Assembly (NCBI GenBank): GCA_001918155.1
Contig: MNFJ01000105.1
Coordinates: 7,299-71,298 of the forward strand
DNA: 64,000 nucleotides
From: Deltaproteobacteria bacterium 13_1_40CM_4_68_19
GTDB lineage: Bacteria; Myxococcota; Myxococcia; Myxococcales; 40CM-4-68-19
Reading direction: 5' to 3'
Position numbers and translations under genes: made by a program
The notes under the pieces: generated by a model
What the model saw: only the letters and a program-made list of their open reading frames with translations
What the model was told of the DNA's origin: nothing
Databases searched by the model: none
In this document: positions 1-8,963 of the stretch, one piece after another
How positions within the stretch are numbered: the first letter of the stretch is position 1
Layout: the number at the start of each line of letters is the position of its first letter

Positions 1-87
1 CGTGGTACGATAGCCGTCGCCGGACGAAGTGCAGCTTGCGGCTACTTCTTGGGACTGACAGATGATGAGACGCGCTCTAGGACGCTG

Positions 88-921
88 ATGGACGGGGCAG
101 ACAACTCACGCAGGCTCTTGAGGCGGTTCATCGCGCAGGAGCCGATCGACCTCGCGCGGGCCGCACTGGCGGTGGCGCGGGAGGAGTATCCCGACCTCGA
201 CGAGGGCCGCTATCTGGGCATGCTCGACCGCCTCGCCGAGGGCATCCAGGCGGGTCTGCCAGCCGGGGCGATCCCGGAACGCCGGGTCGGCCGCATGAAC
301 GCGTACCTGTTCCACGAGCTCGGGTTCTGCGGCAATCAAGCGGACTACTACGACCCGCGCAACAGCTTCCTGAACGAAGTGCTCGAGCGACGCCTGGGAA
401 TCCCGCTCACCTTATGCATCGTCTACATGGAGGTCGGGCGCCGCTGCGGGCTCGCGGTCGAGGGCGTCGGATTTCCCGGCCATTTTCTCTGCAAGGTGCG
501 GCTGGCGGAAGGCGAGCTGGTGATCGACCCGTTCCATCGCGGACAGCTTCTCGGGACCGAGGAGCTGAAACGGCGCCTGGCGTCCGCCGTCGGAGATCAA
601 GTCCGTTTCGACCCCCGGCTGCTGCGGGCTGCGAAGCCGCGCGAGATCCTGGTGCGGATGCTGCAGAACCTGCGCTCCGTCTACGAGGGCCGCAACGACG
701 TCCCGCGCGCGCTGTCCGCGGTGGATCGGCTGCTGCTGCTGGCGCCGGACAACGTGCGCGGACTGCGCGAGCGGGCGCAGCTCTACGAGCAACTCGGCGG
801 GTCGGCGGCGGCGGCCGCGGATCTGGAGAGAGTGCTCAACCTGGAGCCGAACGCAGCGGACGTGACGGCACTGCGCGCGCGCCTCCGCCGGCTGCGCGAG
901 GGGTCGCGGTTCATCAACTAG
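88..921 (+). CDS. SirB1/UPF0162-family protein (transglutaminase-like core + TPR-like C-terminus)
   Basis: Frame of track ORF 49..921. The region ..GFCGNQADYYDPRNSFLNEVLERRLGIPLTLCIVY..GFPGHFL.. resembles the transglutaminase-like core and is followed by TPR-like helices. Start is ambiguous (TTG 49 or ATG 88). Confidence 0.6.
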   Translation: MDGADNSRRLLRRFIAQEPIDLARAALAVAREEYPDLDEGRYLGMLDRLAEGIQAGLPAGAIPERRVGRMNAYLFHELGFCGNQADYYDPRNSFLNEVLERRLGIPLTLCIVYMEVGRRCGLAVEGVGFPGHFLCKVRLAEGELVIDPFHRGQLLGTEELKRRLASAVGDQVRFDPRLLRAAKPREILVRMLQNLRSVYEGRNDVPRALSAVDRLLLLAPDNVRGLRERAQLYEQLGGSAAAAADLERVLNLEPNAADVTALRARLRRLREGSRFIN

Positions 922-962
922 CCGCGCCGGCCAAAGGCCGGTTAGCGGCTACTCTTGAGCGC
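919..962. repeat. REP-like intergenic hairpin repeat, family TAGCCGC-[hairpin]-(T/C)AGCGGCTACTCTTGAGCGC
   Basis: tagccgc-gccggcc-aaa-ggccggt-tagcggctactcttgagcgc. A 19-mer agcggctactcttgagcgc (944..962) is identical to 35677..35695. Lies between convergent genes. Confidence 0.65.
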
Positions 963-1006
963 CTACGCTTTGAATCTGCATGTCCGTGAAAACGGAGACG
1001 CGCTTG

Positions 1007-1327
1007 CTAGGGCTTGTACAGCCTCAGCCGCTCCACCGGCTCGCCTCGAACCAGATGCTTCTCGACGATCTCCTCCACGTCCGCCTCGGTGACGTGGCCG
1101 TACCAGACGGCGTCCGGGTAGACGACCACCGAGCAGCCGTTCTCGCAGTTGTCGAGGCAACCCGCCTTGTTCGCGCGGATCTCCTCATCGAGCCCGCGGG
1201 CTCGCAGCGCCGCCTTGAACTTCTTCAGCAGCTCCGGCGAGCCCTTGCGCGTGCAGTCACCCTTCTCGGACTCCGGCGGCCGCTCGTTGAGGCAGATGAA
1301 GACGTGTTTGCGAAACGGAGGCGGCAT
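1007..1327 (-). CDS. Thioredoxin-like (2Fe-2S) ferredoxin
   Basis: C-terminal 106 aa of track ORF 1007..1552: MPPPFRKHVFICLNERPPESEKGDCTRKG..AGCLDNCENGCSVVVYPDAVWY, with the typical Cys pattern. ATG at 1327 overlaps the upstream stop (ATGA). Confidence 0.75.
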   Translation of the reverse strand: MPPPFRKHVFICLNERPPESEKGDCTRKGSPELLKKFKAALRARGLDEEIRANKAGCLDNCENGCSVVVYPDAVWYGHVTEADVEEIVEKHLVRGEPVERLRLYKP

Positions 1328-1923
1328 CAGCTGTCCTCTTCGCCGAGCGCACGGCGGAACGAGGTCGCGTCCGCCAGGCTCGGGTCCAGCGCCGCATCCG
1401 CGCGGCCGCGAACGGCGGGTGCGAATGACAGCGCCAGCACCAGGATGCGCGGCGGTACGGCGAGATGCAACAGCGAGGGTTCGAGCGCGACCACGGGCGC
1501 GCGGCCGGCAGCGGCCCGCGAGATCTCGTCCGGGCTGGCGCAGGCAACGCATGCCGCCATGTGCGTCGAGGTGGCAGCCTGGATCAGGCGCGCGAGCAGC
1601 TCAGGAGGCACCGCCCCCGCCCGCAGCAGGACGGCATCGGCGCCCGCGGTGCGCGACTCGTAGATGCGGAATTCCTCGGCGAGGAGGTCGGCCCGCATCA
1701 CCGGGATCGAGACGGCGCGAGCGGCCACGCCGAAGCGCGCGAGATCGTCGCCGGCCGCGATCGCGATCGCGGCCGCCTCCGCTTCGTCGAGCGCCCGGGC
1801 CGCCTCCGCGATGTCCGCACGCCCGGCATCGAGCAGCGGAATCCGCTCCAGCGCCTGCCGCTGGCGGTCGATGGCATGCGCGAAGTTCCGGATCGACGGC
1901 GTGACGCCCGCGCGCGGGTCCAT
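1327..1923 (-). CDS. Indole-3-glycerol-phosphate synthase (TrpC)-like TIM-barrel protein, short and divergent
   Basis: 198 aa. The pattern ..SIPVMRADLLAEEFRIYESRTAGADAVLLRA..ELLARLIQAATSTHMAACVACAS..E.. parallels IGPS (lPvLrKDFi..yQi.eAr..GADavLLI). The Lys of KDF is replaced and the N-terminus is short. Confidence 0.45.
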   Translation of the reverse strand: MDPRAGVTPSIRNFAHAIDRQRQALERIPLLDAGRADIAEAARALDEAEAAAIAIAAGDDLARFGVAARAVSIPVMRADLLAEEFRIYESRTAGADAVLLRAGAVPPELLARLIQAATSTHMAACVACASPDEISRAAAGRAPVVALEPSLLHLAVPPRILVLALSFAPAVRGRADAALDPSLADATSFRRALGEEDS

Positions 1924-1926
1924 GGG

Positions 1927-3342
1927 TCAAAGCAGCCGCAGCAGCCGCTGTCGCATGGCGTCGCGCGTCTGCGGGTCCGGGGCGGCATGGACCGCTCGCT
2001 CGAGCGCCTCCGCCGCCTTGCGGCGGAACCCTTTCTGTTCGTAGAGGCCCGCGAGCGCGCGCAGCGCCTGGAACAGGTTTGGACGCAGCTCGACCGCCCG
2101 CTCGTAGGCGGTGATGGCGTGGAACAGATCGCCCTGATCGTGCATCGCGCGCGCCAGGGCGAAATGCGTGCGGGGCGCGAACGGGTCTTCCTTCAAGGCC
2201 TTCTCCAGCACGACGCGCGCCTCGGCCGGCTTCTTCTCTTCGAGCAGATCGATCCCCTCCTGGTAGAGCTTGTCCGCCTTCTCGGACGCCTCGGCCGACT
2301 GGGATCCGCCGGACAGGCGCTCCTCGACCCGGCGCAGCAGGTCGGGAAGATGGAACGGTTTCTCCAGGTAGTCGTCGGCTCCGAACGTCTCGCGCGCGTC
2401 GTGGGCGTAGCGCCAGCCGCGATAGACCGCGCTGACCAGGATCACCGGCGTCGTGCGCGTCCGCGCGCTGGCCTTCAGCCGCGCGCAGATCTCGAATCCG
2501 TGCACGTGCGGGAGCATGGCGTCGAGCACGACCAGATCGTAGCGCTCGGAGCTCAGCTTCTGCTCCGCCTCGCGCCCGTCGCGAGCGAGGTCGACCACGT
2601 ATCCCGCGGACTTCAAGGTGCGGTCGAGCATCCGGAGGATGTCGAAATCGTCATCGACCGCAAGGATGCGGGCAGGCCCGGAACGCACCGCGACCGCGCC
2701 GAGCACTTCCCCCTCGTCGTCCCCGCCCACCTCCAACTCGAGCTCGGGTTCGCGCAGCTCTTCGAGCTCCTCCAGCTCCTCCTCCGACTCGAGGACTGCA
2801 TCGGTCGCCGGAGCCTCGCCGGGAGCGCGGCGGATCTCCGGCAGGATCACCGCGAACGTCGCCGGCGCGCCGGGCCGCACGCTCTCGCCGCGCCAGAACG
2901 ACTCGCCGCGTTTCTTCGCGTCATAGGAGCCGGCGATCGCCTCGATCAGCGATCCCGGCATGGCGGCGTACGGCGAGACTTCCTGGCCGGTGATGAAGCG
3001 CAGCTCCTCCAGCACGTCGAAATTGTCGGACCCGGCGCTGACCGCGACGTGCAGGCGGCCGCCCTCGACCGACAGCGGCAGGACGATGTCGGATTCGGCC
3101 ACCTGCAGGGGAATGGTATCGAGCACCGAGAGATCGATGGCGGTCCGCGCGAGATCGACGCCGGGGATCCCGAGCTGTTCCGACATCATCGAGACCAGAT
3201 CGTTCTCCGCCACTCCGAGCTCCAGGACCTTGTTGAGGAACGCGGACCGGGTCGGCGACTCGGTCTGCGCCCGACGCAGCAGCGGTTCGGGCAGCGCCTG
3301 ACGCTCGGCGATCAGGCGAGCGATGGGCTCCAGCGATGCCAC
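1927..3342 (-). CDS. Response regulator with N-terminal T2SS-E/MshE N-terminal-like domain, acidic linker, receiver domain and C-terminal TPR repeats
   Basis: Frame of track ORF 1927..3462. Receiver domain: ARILAVDDDFDILRML..DLVVLDAMLP..PVILVSA..DDYLEKPF. N-terminal GspE_N-like region: ..LGIPGVDLARTAIDLSVLDTIPLQVAE... TPR-like tail present. Probable GTG start at 3342, downstream of the GT2 stop. Confidence 0.7.
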   Translation of the reverse strand: MASLEPIARLIAERQALPEPLLRRAQTESPTRSAFLNKVLELGVAENDLVSMMSEQLGIPGVDLARTAIDLSVLDTIPLQVAESDIVLPLSVEGGRLHVAVSAGSDNFDVLEELRFITGQEVSPYAAMPGSLIEAIAGSYDAKKRGESFWRGESVRPGAPATFAVILPEIRRAPGEAPATDAVLESEEELEELEELREPELELEVGGDDEGEVLGAVAVRSGPARILAVDDDFDILRMLDRTLKSAGYVVDLARDGREAEQKLSSERYDLVVLDAMLPHVHGFEICARLKASARTRTTPVILVSAVYRGWRYAHDARETFGADDYLEKPFHLPDLLRRVEERLSGGSQSAEASEKADKLYQEGIDLLEEKKPAEARVVLEKALKEDPFAPRTHFALARAMHDQGDLFHAITAYERAVELRPNLFQALRALAGLYEQKGFRRKAAEALERAVHAAPDPQTRDAMRQRLLRLL

Positions 3343-3376
3343 GAGACCTCGATTATCACAGGGGAGCCAGACGTGG

Positions 3377-4297
3377 TCAGGCGGTGAACAGGAAGTGCTC
3401 TCCTTCCCGGTAATTGCCTGCCTCGAGGACGCCGCGAATCTCCTCGCGCGCGCCTTCGGCACCCACCGCGCACAACATCAGCGCCTCACCGGGCCGCGGA
3501 AGATCGCCTGCGACGCGCACGGGCCTGCCGCGTGCGAGCCGCTTCTTGCCGTCGACGTCGTAGAACGCGCGGGGCCTCAAGCCGTGCGCCTCCAACTCGC
3601 GCGCCAGGCGCTTTCCGGTCGGACCGGCGCCCCAGATATCGAACGATCTGTCGCGGAGGGGTCCGCGTGCGAGGTAGTGTGCGCGCAGACGGAACATCGC
3701 CGCGTCCGAATACGCCGGCCCGGTGCGCGTCAGGCGGCCGGGCGAATCCCGCCACTGCAGCAGCACCTGCGGCACCTTCGCCAGCGACCAGCCGCGTTCC
3801 ACCATGCGCAGCAGCAGGTCCCAGTCCTCGGCCCAGCCGTGGTCTTCCCAGCCTCCCTGCAGCGCATCGCGGCGGAACGTGGCGCTCGGGTGGACGAGCG
3901 GCGCCTCGACGAATCTGGCATTGCGGCATTGCTCCGCGGTGACTGTCTCGTTGAGCCACCGCTCGAGGCGAGCCAATCCCGGCGAGAGTGGCCGCGGGAT
4001 GCAATGGATCAGGCTGCCGGCGGCGCCGAGCGCCGCATCCTTCGCCAGCAACTCGGCCTGCAGGCGCAGGCGGTCCGGGTGCACGAGATCGTCCGCGTCC
4101 ATGCGCGCGATCAGCTCGCCGCGGCAGTGCGCCAGACCGAGGTTCAGCGCGGCGACGAGACCATGGCCAGGTCCGCGCACCACGCGGACGCGGCCGTCGG
4201 TCCGGCATGCGCTCGCGAGGATCGCCGAAGTCGAGTCGGAAGACGCGTCGTCGACGCACACCACCTCGTACGGTGGGGCGGCGCGCTGGGCGAGCAC
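3377..4297 (-). CDS. Family 2 glycosyltransferase
   Basis: YEVVCVDDASSDST..ARMDADDLVHPDRL (DxD) is typical of GT2. The first canonical start is GTG 4297, but the GT2 beta1 strand (PLISVLLPAKDASSTIADALRG) is encoded in frame upstream (4298..4366) without an ATG/GTG/TTG. Confidence 0.75.
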   Translation of the reverse strand: MLAQRAAPPYEVVCVDDASSDSTSAILASACRTDGRVRVVRGPGHGLVAALNLGLAHCRGELIARMDADDLVHPDRLRLQAELLAKDAALGAAGSLIHCIPRPLSPGLARLERWLNETVTAEQCRNARFVEAPLVHPSATFRRDALQGGWEDHGWAEDWDLLLRMVERGWSLAKVPQVLLQWRDSPGRLTRTGPAYSDAAMFRLRAHYLARGPLRDRSFDIWGAGPTGKRLARELEAHGLRPRAFYDVDGKKRLARGRPVRVAGDLPRPGEALMLCAVGAEGAREEIRGVLEAGNYREGEHFLFTA

Positions 4298-4368
4298 GCC
4301 GCGGAGCGCATCGGCGATCGTCGAGGAGGCATCCTTCGCTGGGAGCAGGACGCTGATCAGCGGGCTGG

Positions 4369-5994
4369 TCAGTGTCCGTGCTCCCCGAACACGTCGCGCA
4401 TCGCGTTGGCGATCTCGCCGAGCGTCGCGCGCGCCTTCACCGCCGCGACGATGTTCGGGACGAGGTTACCGGTGGCCTGCGCAGTCCGCTTCAGCTCGGA
4501 GAGCGCGCGCGTGGAGGCCGGATTGTCGCGTTGCCTGCGGAACGCCTTGACGCGCGCGATCTGCTGCTCCTCGAGCGCGGGATCGATCCGCAGCGTCTCG
4601 ATCGGCGCCTCGTCCGCGGCCGCGAACTCGTTCACTCCCACCACGATCTGCTTCTTCTCCTCGACTTCCTTCTGCGCCTTGTATGCCGCATCCTCGATCT
4701 CGCGCTGCGGGAACTGCCGCGAGATCGCCTCCACCATCCCGCCCATCTCGTCGATCTTGCGCAGGTACTCCACCGCCTTCGCCTCGAGCTCATCGGTCAG
4801 CGACTCCAGCGCCCACGAGCCCCCGACCGGGTCGATGAAATCGCACACGCCGCTCTCGTAAGCGATGATCTGCTGAGTCCGCAGCGCGATGCGCGCGCTC
4901 GCCTCCGTGGGCAGGCTCAGGGCCTCGTCCCGCCCATTGGTGTGCAGGGACTGGCACCCGCCGAGCACGGCCGCCAGCGCCTGCAGCGCCACGCGGATGA
5001 CGTTGTTGTCCGGCTGCTGCGCGGTCAGCGTCGACCCGGCCGTCTGCGCGTGGAAGCGCAGAGTGCAGGAGCGCGGATCCTTCGCCTTGAACCGCTCCTT
5101 CATCGTCCGCGCCCAGAGACGGCGCGCGGCGCGGAACTTGGCCACTTCCTCGATGAAGTTGTTGTGGACGTTGAAGAAGAAACTCAGCCGCCCGGCGAAG
5201 GAGTCCACGTCGAGGCCGCGCTTCACGGCGGCTTGGACGTATGCGATGCCGTCGCCCAGCGTGAAGGCGATCTCCTGCGCGGCGGTCGAACCTGCTTCCC
5301 GGATGTGGTAGCCGGAGATCGAGATGGGGTTCCACTTCGGCACCGTCTTCGAACAGTATTCGAAAGTGTCGGTGATCAGCCGCATCGAGGGTCCGGGCGG
5401 ATAGATGTACGTGCCGCGGGCCATGTACTCCTTCAGCACGTCGTTCTGGATCGTCCCCGACAGCGCGGCGGGCTCGGTGCCGTGGGCCTCGCCGACCGCC
5501 TGGTAGAGCGCGAGCAGCGTCGCGGCGGTGGCGTTGATGGTCATCGACGTGGACACCTTGCCAAGGTCGATGTCCTTGAAGAGGCGCTCCATGTCGTCGA
5601 CGGAATCGATGGCCACTCCGACCCGGCCTACCTCGCCCCGCGCGCGCGGGCTGTCGGAGTCGTGGCCCATCTGCGTCGGCAGGTCGAACGCGGTCGAGAG
5701 GCCGGTCTGGCCTGACGCCAGCAGGTAATGGAACCGCGAGTTGGTCTGCTCCGCGGTGCCGAATCCCGCATACTGCCGCATCGTCCAGAAGCGCCCGCGG
5801 TACATCGTCGGTTGCACGCCGCGGGTGAACGGGAACTGGCCGGGAAAGCCGATGGACGGCGACGGCTCGTCGGGAGAGTAGAGCGGTTTCACCTCGATGC
5901 CGCTGGAGGTCTCGAAGAGCGCCTTGCGCAGGGCCCCGGGCTTCGCCGCCGTCTTGCCGTAGACCTCCCGCGCCCACTTCTCCAGCGCCGTCAT
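4369..5994 (-). CDS. Methylmalonyl-CoA mutase, catalytic (N-terminal) subunit, no B12-binding domain
   Basis: 541 aa from ATG 5994 ([13 protein letters not shown]..). Motifs [26 protein letters not shown] and [14 protein letters not shown]. Ends ..[16 protein letters not shown] without a cobalamin-binding domain. ATGA overlap with the upstream methyltransferase. Confidence 0.9.
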   Translation of the reverse strand: MTALEKWAREVYGKTAAKPGALRKALFETSSGIEVKPLYSPDEPSPSIGFPGQFPFTRGVQPTMYRGRFWTMRQYAGFGTAEQTNSRFHYLLASGQTGLSTAFDLPTQMGHDSDSPRARGEVGRVGVAIDSVDDMERLFKDIDLGKVSTSMTINATAATLLALYQAVGEAHGTEPAALSGTIQNDVLKEYMARGTYIYPPGPSMRLITDTFEYCSKTVPKWNPISISGYHIREAGSTAAQEIAFTLGDGIAYVQAAVKRGLDVDSFAGRLSFFFNVHNNFIEEVAKFRAARRLWARTMKERFKAKDPRSCTLRFHAQTAGSTLTAQQPDNNVIRVALQALAAVLGGCQSLHTNGRDEALSLPTEASARIALRTQQIIAYESGVCDFIDPVGGSWALESLTDELEAKAVEYLRKIDEMGGMVEAISRQFPQREIEDAAYKAQKEVEEKKQIVVGVNEFAAADEAPIETLRIDPALEEQQIARVKAFRRQRDNPASTRALSELKRTAQATGNLVPNIVAAVKARATLGEIANAMRDVFGEHGH

Positions 5995-6788
5995 CTTCGC
6001 GCTCCTTCCGCCCAGCAGATCGAGTACCAGATGGCTGCCTCCGGCCGGTGCGCCCACTCGCGGAATGCGACGAGGGCCGCATCGATCTCCGCCGAGCCGA
6101 GGAGGCCCCCTTCGATCATCGCTTCCCGGGCGCCGGCGAGCTGGCTGTGGATGTTCTCGACGAAGCCGGGCCACTTCGGTTCCGCGGCGCAGGAACCGAA
6201 GTAGATCCAGGTCGAGCGCACCGGCGCCGCGCCGGCGTCGTGCAGCAGCGAGACCAGCCGCCGCCCGATGTACGGGTCGCACCCGAGGCGGTCGTAGCTG
6301 CGCTGGAAGGCCTTCCACAGCGGCGTGAACCCCGCGGGCTCGGGCCAGCAGCGGAAGACGTCGTGGTCATCGTCCTGCAGGACGATGCGCCCGCCGGGCC
6401 GTACCGCGCGGACCATGTGCCGCACGACCTCCAGGGGCTCGCGGACGTGCTCGAGAACGAAGCGCGCGTGCGCGAGATCGAACGAGCCCCATTCGTGGTC
6501 CCGGAGCGGAGGATCGCTGACGTCGCCCAGGCGCAGATCGAGAAGCGCATGGCGCTCCGCCCGCGCCAGTTGCTCCTCGCTGCGCTCGATGCCGACCAGG
6601 CGCGTGCCGGCCGCGCGCGCCATGTCGAGCGAGAGCTGCCCGAGACCGCAGCCGAAGTCGATGATGAGATCGCCCTTCGAGATGGCGAGCTCCCGCATCG
6701 CGGCTTCGTTCATCAGCCGATTGAGCAGCGACAGGCGTCCCTGCTCGGCAGGAGAGGTCCCGTGCAGGTAGGCCGATTCCGCGCCCAT
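5991..6788 (-). CDS. Class I SAM-dependent methyltransferase
   Basis: Motif [14 protein letters not shown] and [13 protein letters not shown] 6788 preferred over TTG 6830. Confidence 0.7.
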   Translation of the reverse strand: MGAESAYLHGTSPAEQGRLSLLNRLMNEAAMRELAISKGDLIIDFGCGLGQLSLDMARAAGTRLVGIERSEEQLARAERHALLDLRLGDVSDPPLRDHEWGSFDLAHARFVLEHVREPLEVVRHMVRAVRPGGRIVLQDDDHDVFRCWPEPAGFTPLWKAFQRSYDRLGCDPYIGRRLVSLLHDAGAAPVRSTWIYFGSCAAEPKWPGFVENIHSQLAGAREAMIEGGLLGSAEIDAALVAFREWAHRPEAAIWYSICWAEGARR

Positions 6789-6867
6789 CGGGCCCGCTTG
6801 TAGCGCAATTCCGCCGGACACGCTGCGCAAGGACCCGGCGCTTGTGTTTCACGCGAGCTTCCTCGAA

Positions 6868-7371
6868 TCAGGCGACGACCACGAGCTTCGCTCCCGACTC
6901 CACCGCCGCGCCTTCCACTGCGTGCAGCTCGGTGACCCTGCCCGCTTTGGGGCTCTGCAGCTCGTTCTCCATCTTCATCGCCTCGACGACCACGAGCCCC
7001 TGGCCTTCCCGCACTTCGTCGCCGACCTTCACCAGCACGCGCGTCACCTTCCCGGGCATGGGGGCATCGACGCGCTGCGGCCCTTCCAGCGTGAACTTGC
7101 CGGAGGCGCGCCGCATCCGCAGCTTGCGCTCGTCCAGGATCTCCAGCGGATACACGGTCTCGCCGACCAGGACGGCGCTCCGCCCGTCCTTGCCCGGCTC
7201 GATGTCGCACCGGTAGCTGCGGGTCCCCGCGATCAGGCTCAGGGCGAATCCCTGGAGGTGGACCGCATCCACCTCCAGCACCTTCTTGTCGATGACGACG
7301 TGGTACCCGTTCTCGCGGGGCGTGATCTCGATCAGGCGCTCCTCGCCGCCCAGGATGGCGGTGTACCTCAC
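6868..7371 (-). CDS. Biotin carboxyl carrier (biotin/lipoyl attachment) protein of acyl-CoA carboxylase
   Basis: Last 167 aa of the 976-aa track ORF. Biotinylation motif VVVEAMKMENEL. GTG 7371 overlaps the TGA of the biotin carboxylase gene (GTGA). Confidence 0.8.
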   Translation of the reverse strand: MRYTAILGGEERLIEITPRENGYHVVIDKKVLEVDAVHLQGFALSLIAGTRSYRCDIEPGKDGRSAVLVGETVYPLEILDERKLRMRRASGKFTLEGPQRVDAPMPGKVTRVLVKVGDEVREGQGLVVVEAMKMENELQSPKAGRVTELHAVEGAAVESGAKLVVVA

Positions 7372-8897
7372 CGGGACCTCCGCAACGATCCGAGCCGTCC
7401 GGCGCGTCCCCACGCCGACTCGCCGGTCGCGTTCGCCGCTGCCTGGCGCAGCGCCGCGCGCTGGTCCTGCTCGCATTGCCAGATCGCGGCGGCCGCGAGC
7501 GCGATCTCCTCGTCGCCGGTCTTCTCCGTCCGCAGCAGCCGATCCTGCGCCCGCGCCAGTAGACCGGTGTCGTAGTCGCCCTTGCGGAACTCTTCCAGCT
7601 CCAGCACGCGCGCGAGGTACGAGGCATTGGTGGTGATTCCCTTCACCACCGTCTCGCCCAGCGCCCGCCGCAGCCGGGCGATGGCTTCCTCCCGCGTCCG
7701 CGCCCAGACCGCGAGCTTGCCGATCATCGGATCGTAGTAGCGCGGCACTTCGCTCCCGCTCTCGACGCCGCAGTCGTTGCGCACGCCGGGCCCCTCCGCG
7801 AGCCTCAGCTCGAGGATGGTGCCGGGGCTGGGGAGGAAGTTCCTCGCCGGGTCCTCGGCGTACAGACGCGCCTCGATGGCATGGCCGCGCAGGTTCTCGA
7901 GCACGTCTTGCTGCGTCCAGGGCAGGTGGCCGCCGGCGGCGACCTCGATCTGCCAGCGCACCAGATCGAGCCCGGTGCACCATTCGGTGACGGGGTGCTC
8001 GACCTGCAGGCGGGTGTTCATCTCCAGGAAATAGAAGGTGCGGGTGTTGCCGTCGACGAGGAACTCGACGGTTCCCGCGCCGACGTATCTCACCGCCTTC
8101 GCCGCGCTGACCGCCACCCGGCCCATCTCGGCGCGCAGTTCGGGCGTGACGATGGCGCTGGGCGTCTCCTCGATCACCTTCTGGTGGCGCCGCTGCACGC
8201 TGCATTCGCGCTCGCCGAGCCAGATGCAGTTGCCGTGGGTGTCCGCGAAGACCTGGATCTCCACATGCCGCGGGCGCGCCACTGCTTTCTCGATGTACAC
8301 CCGCGCATCGCCGAAGGCGTTCAGGGCTTCCCGCTGCGCGGTGGCCAGCGCGGAGTCGAAGTCTTTCGGAACGGCCACCAGGCGCATCCCCTTGCCTCCG
8401 CCGCCGGCCGCCGCCTTGAGCATGATCGGATACCCGATGGAGAGCGCGTAGTCCTTGGCCGCGGCCTCGCCGCCCTCCGGAATGGGCTCCTTCAGCCCGG
8501 GCACGACAGGGACCCCGGCGTCGATCACCCTGCGGCGGGCCCGCGTCTTCTCGCCCATCTCCTCGATCGCCTCGGGCGGCGGACCGATGAATGCGATTCC
8601 GGCGCTCGCGCAGGCGCGCGCGAAGGCGGCGTTCTCGGAGAGGAAGCCGTACCCCGGGTGGACGGCGTCCGCGCGAGTCGCCTTGCAGGCTGCGATCACG
8701 TTGTCGATCGCCAGGTAGCTTTCGCGCGACGCCGCGGGGCCCACCCGCACCGCTTCGTCGCAGGACCGGACGTGCAGCGCGGCGCGGTCCGCGTCGCTGT
8801 ACACGGCGACCGTGCGGATGCCCATCTCCCCGCAGGTGCGCGCGACCCGCACCGCGATCTCGCCGCGATTCGCGATCAGGACTTTGGCGATGGTCAC
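7368..8897 (-). CDS. Acetyl/propionyl-CoA carboxylase biotin carboxylase subunit
   Basis: KVLIANRGEIAVRVARTC, GYPIMLKAAAGGGGKGMR and EMNTRLQVEHPVTE are ATP-grasp biotin carboxylase hallmarks. Probable GTG start at 8897 (VTIAKVLIANRG). Confidence 0.9.
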   Translation of the reverse strand: MTIAKVLIANRGEIAVRVARTCGEMGIRTVAVYSDADRAALHVRSCDEAVRVGPAASRESYLAIDNVIAACKATRADAVHPGYGFLSENAAFARACASAGIAFIGPPPEAIEEMGEKTRARRRVIDAGVPVVPGLKEPIPEGGEAAAKDYALSIGYPIMLKAAAGGGGKGMRLVAVPKDFDSALATAQREALNAFGDARVYIEKAVARPRHVEIQVFADTHGNCIWLGERECSVQRRHQKVIEETPSAIVTPELRAEMGRVAVSAAKAVRYVGAGTVEFLVDGNTRTFYFLEMNTRLQVEHPVTEWCTGLDLVRWQIEVAAGGHLPWTQQDVLENLRGHAIEARLYAEDPARNFLPSPGTILELRLAEGPGVRNDCGVESGSEVPRYYDPMIGKLAVWARTREEAIARLRRALGETVVKGITTNASYLARVLELEEFRKGDYDTGLLARAQDRLLRTEKTGDEEIALAAAAIWQCEQDQRAALRQAAANATGESAWGRAGRLGSLRRSR

Positions 8898-8963
8898 GGC
8901 GGCGCACCCTAGCAGAACTCTCCTGCCATCCACACCGCGCGGGCGAGACGACAACGTCGGTGT

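Noticed and set aside
1327-1923. Calling this gene trpC
   Set aside because: It is too short, the catalytic Lys is substituted, and there is no trp context. It is labelled only as IGPS-like.
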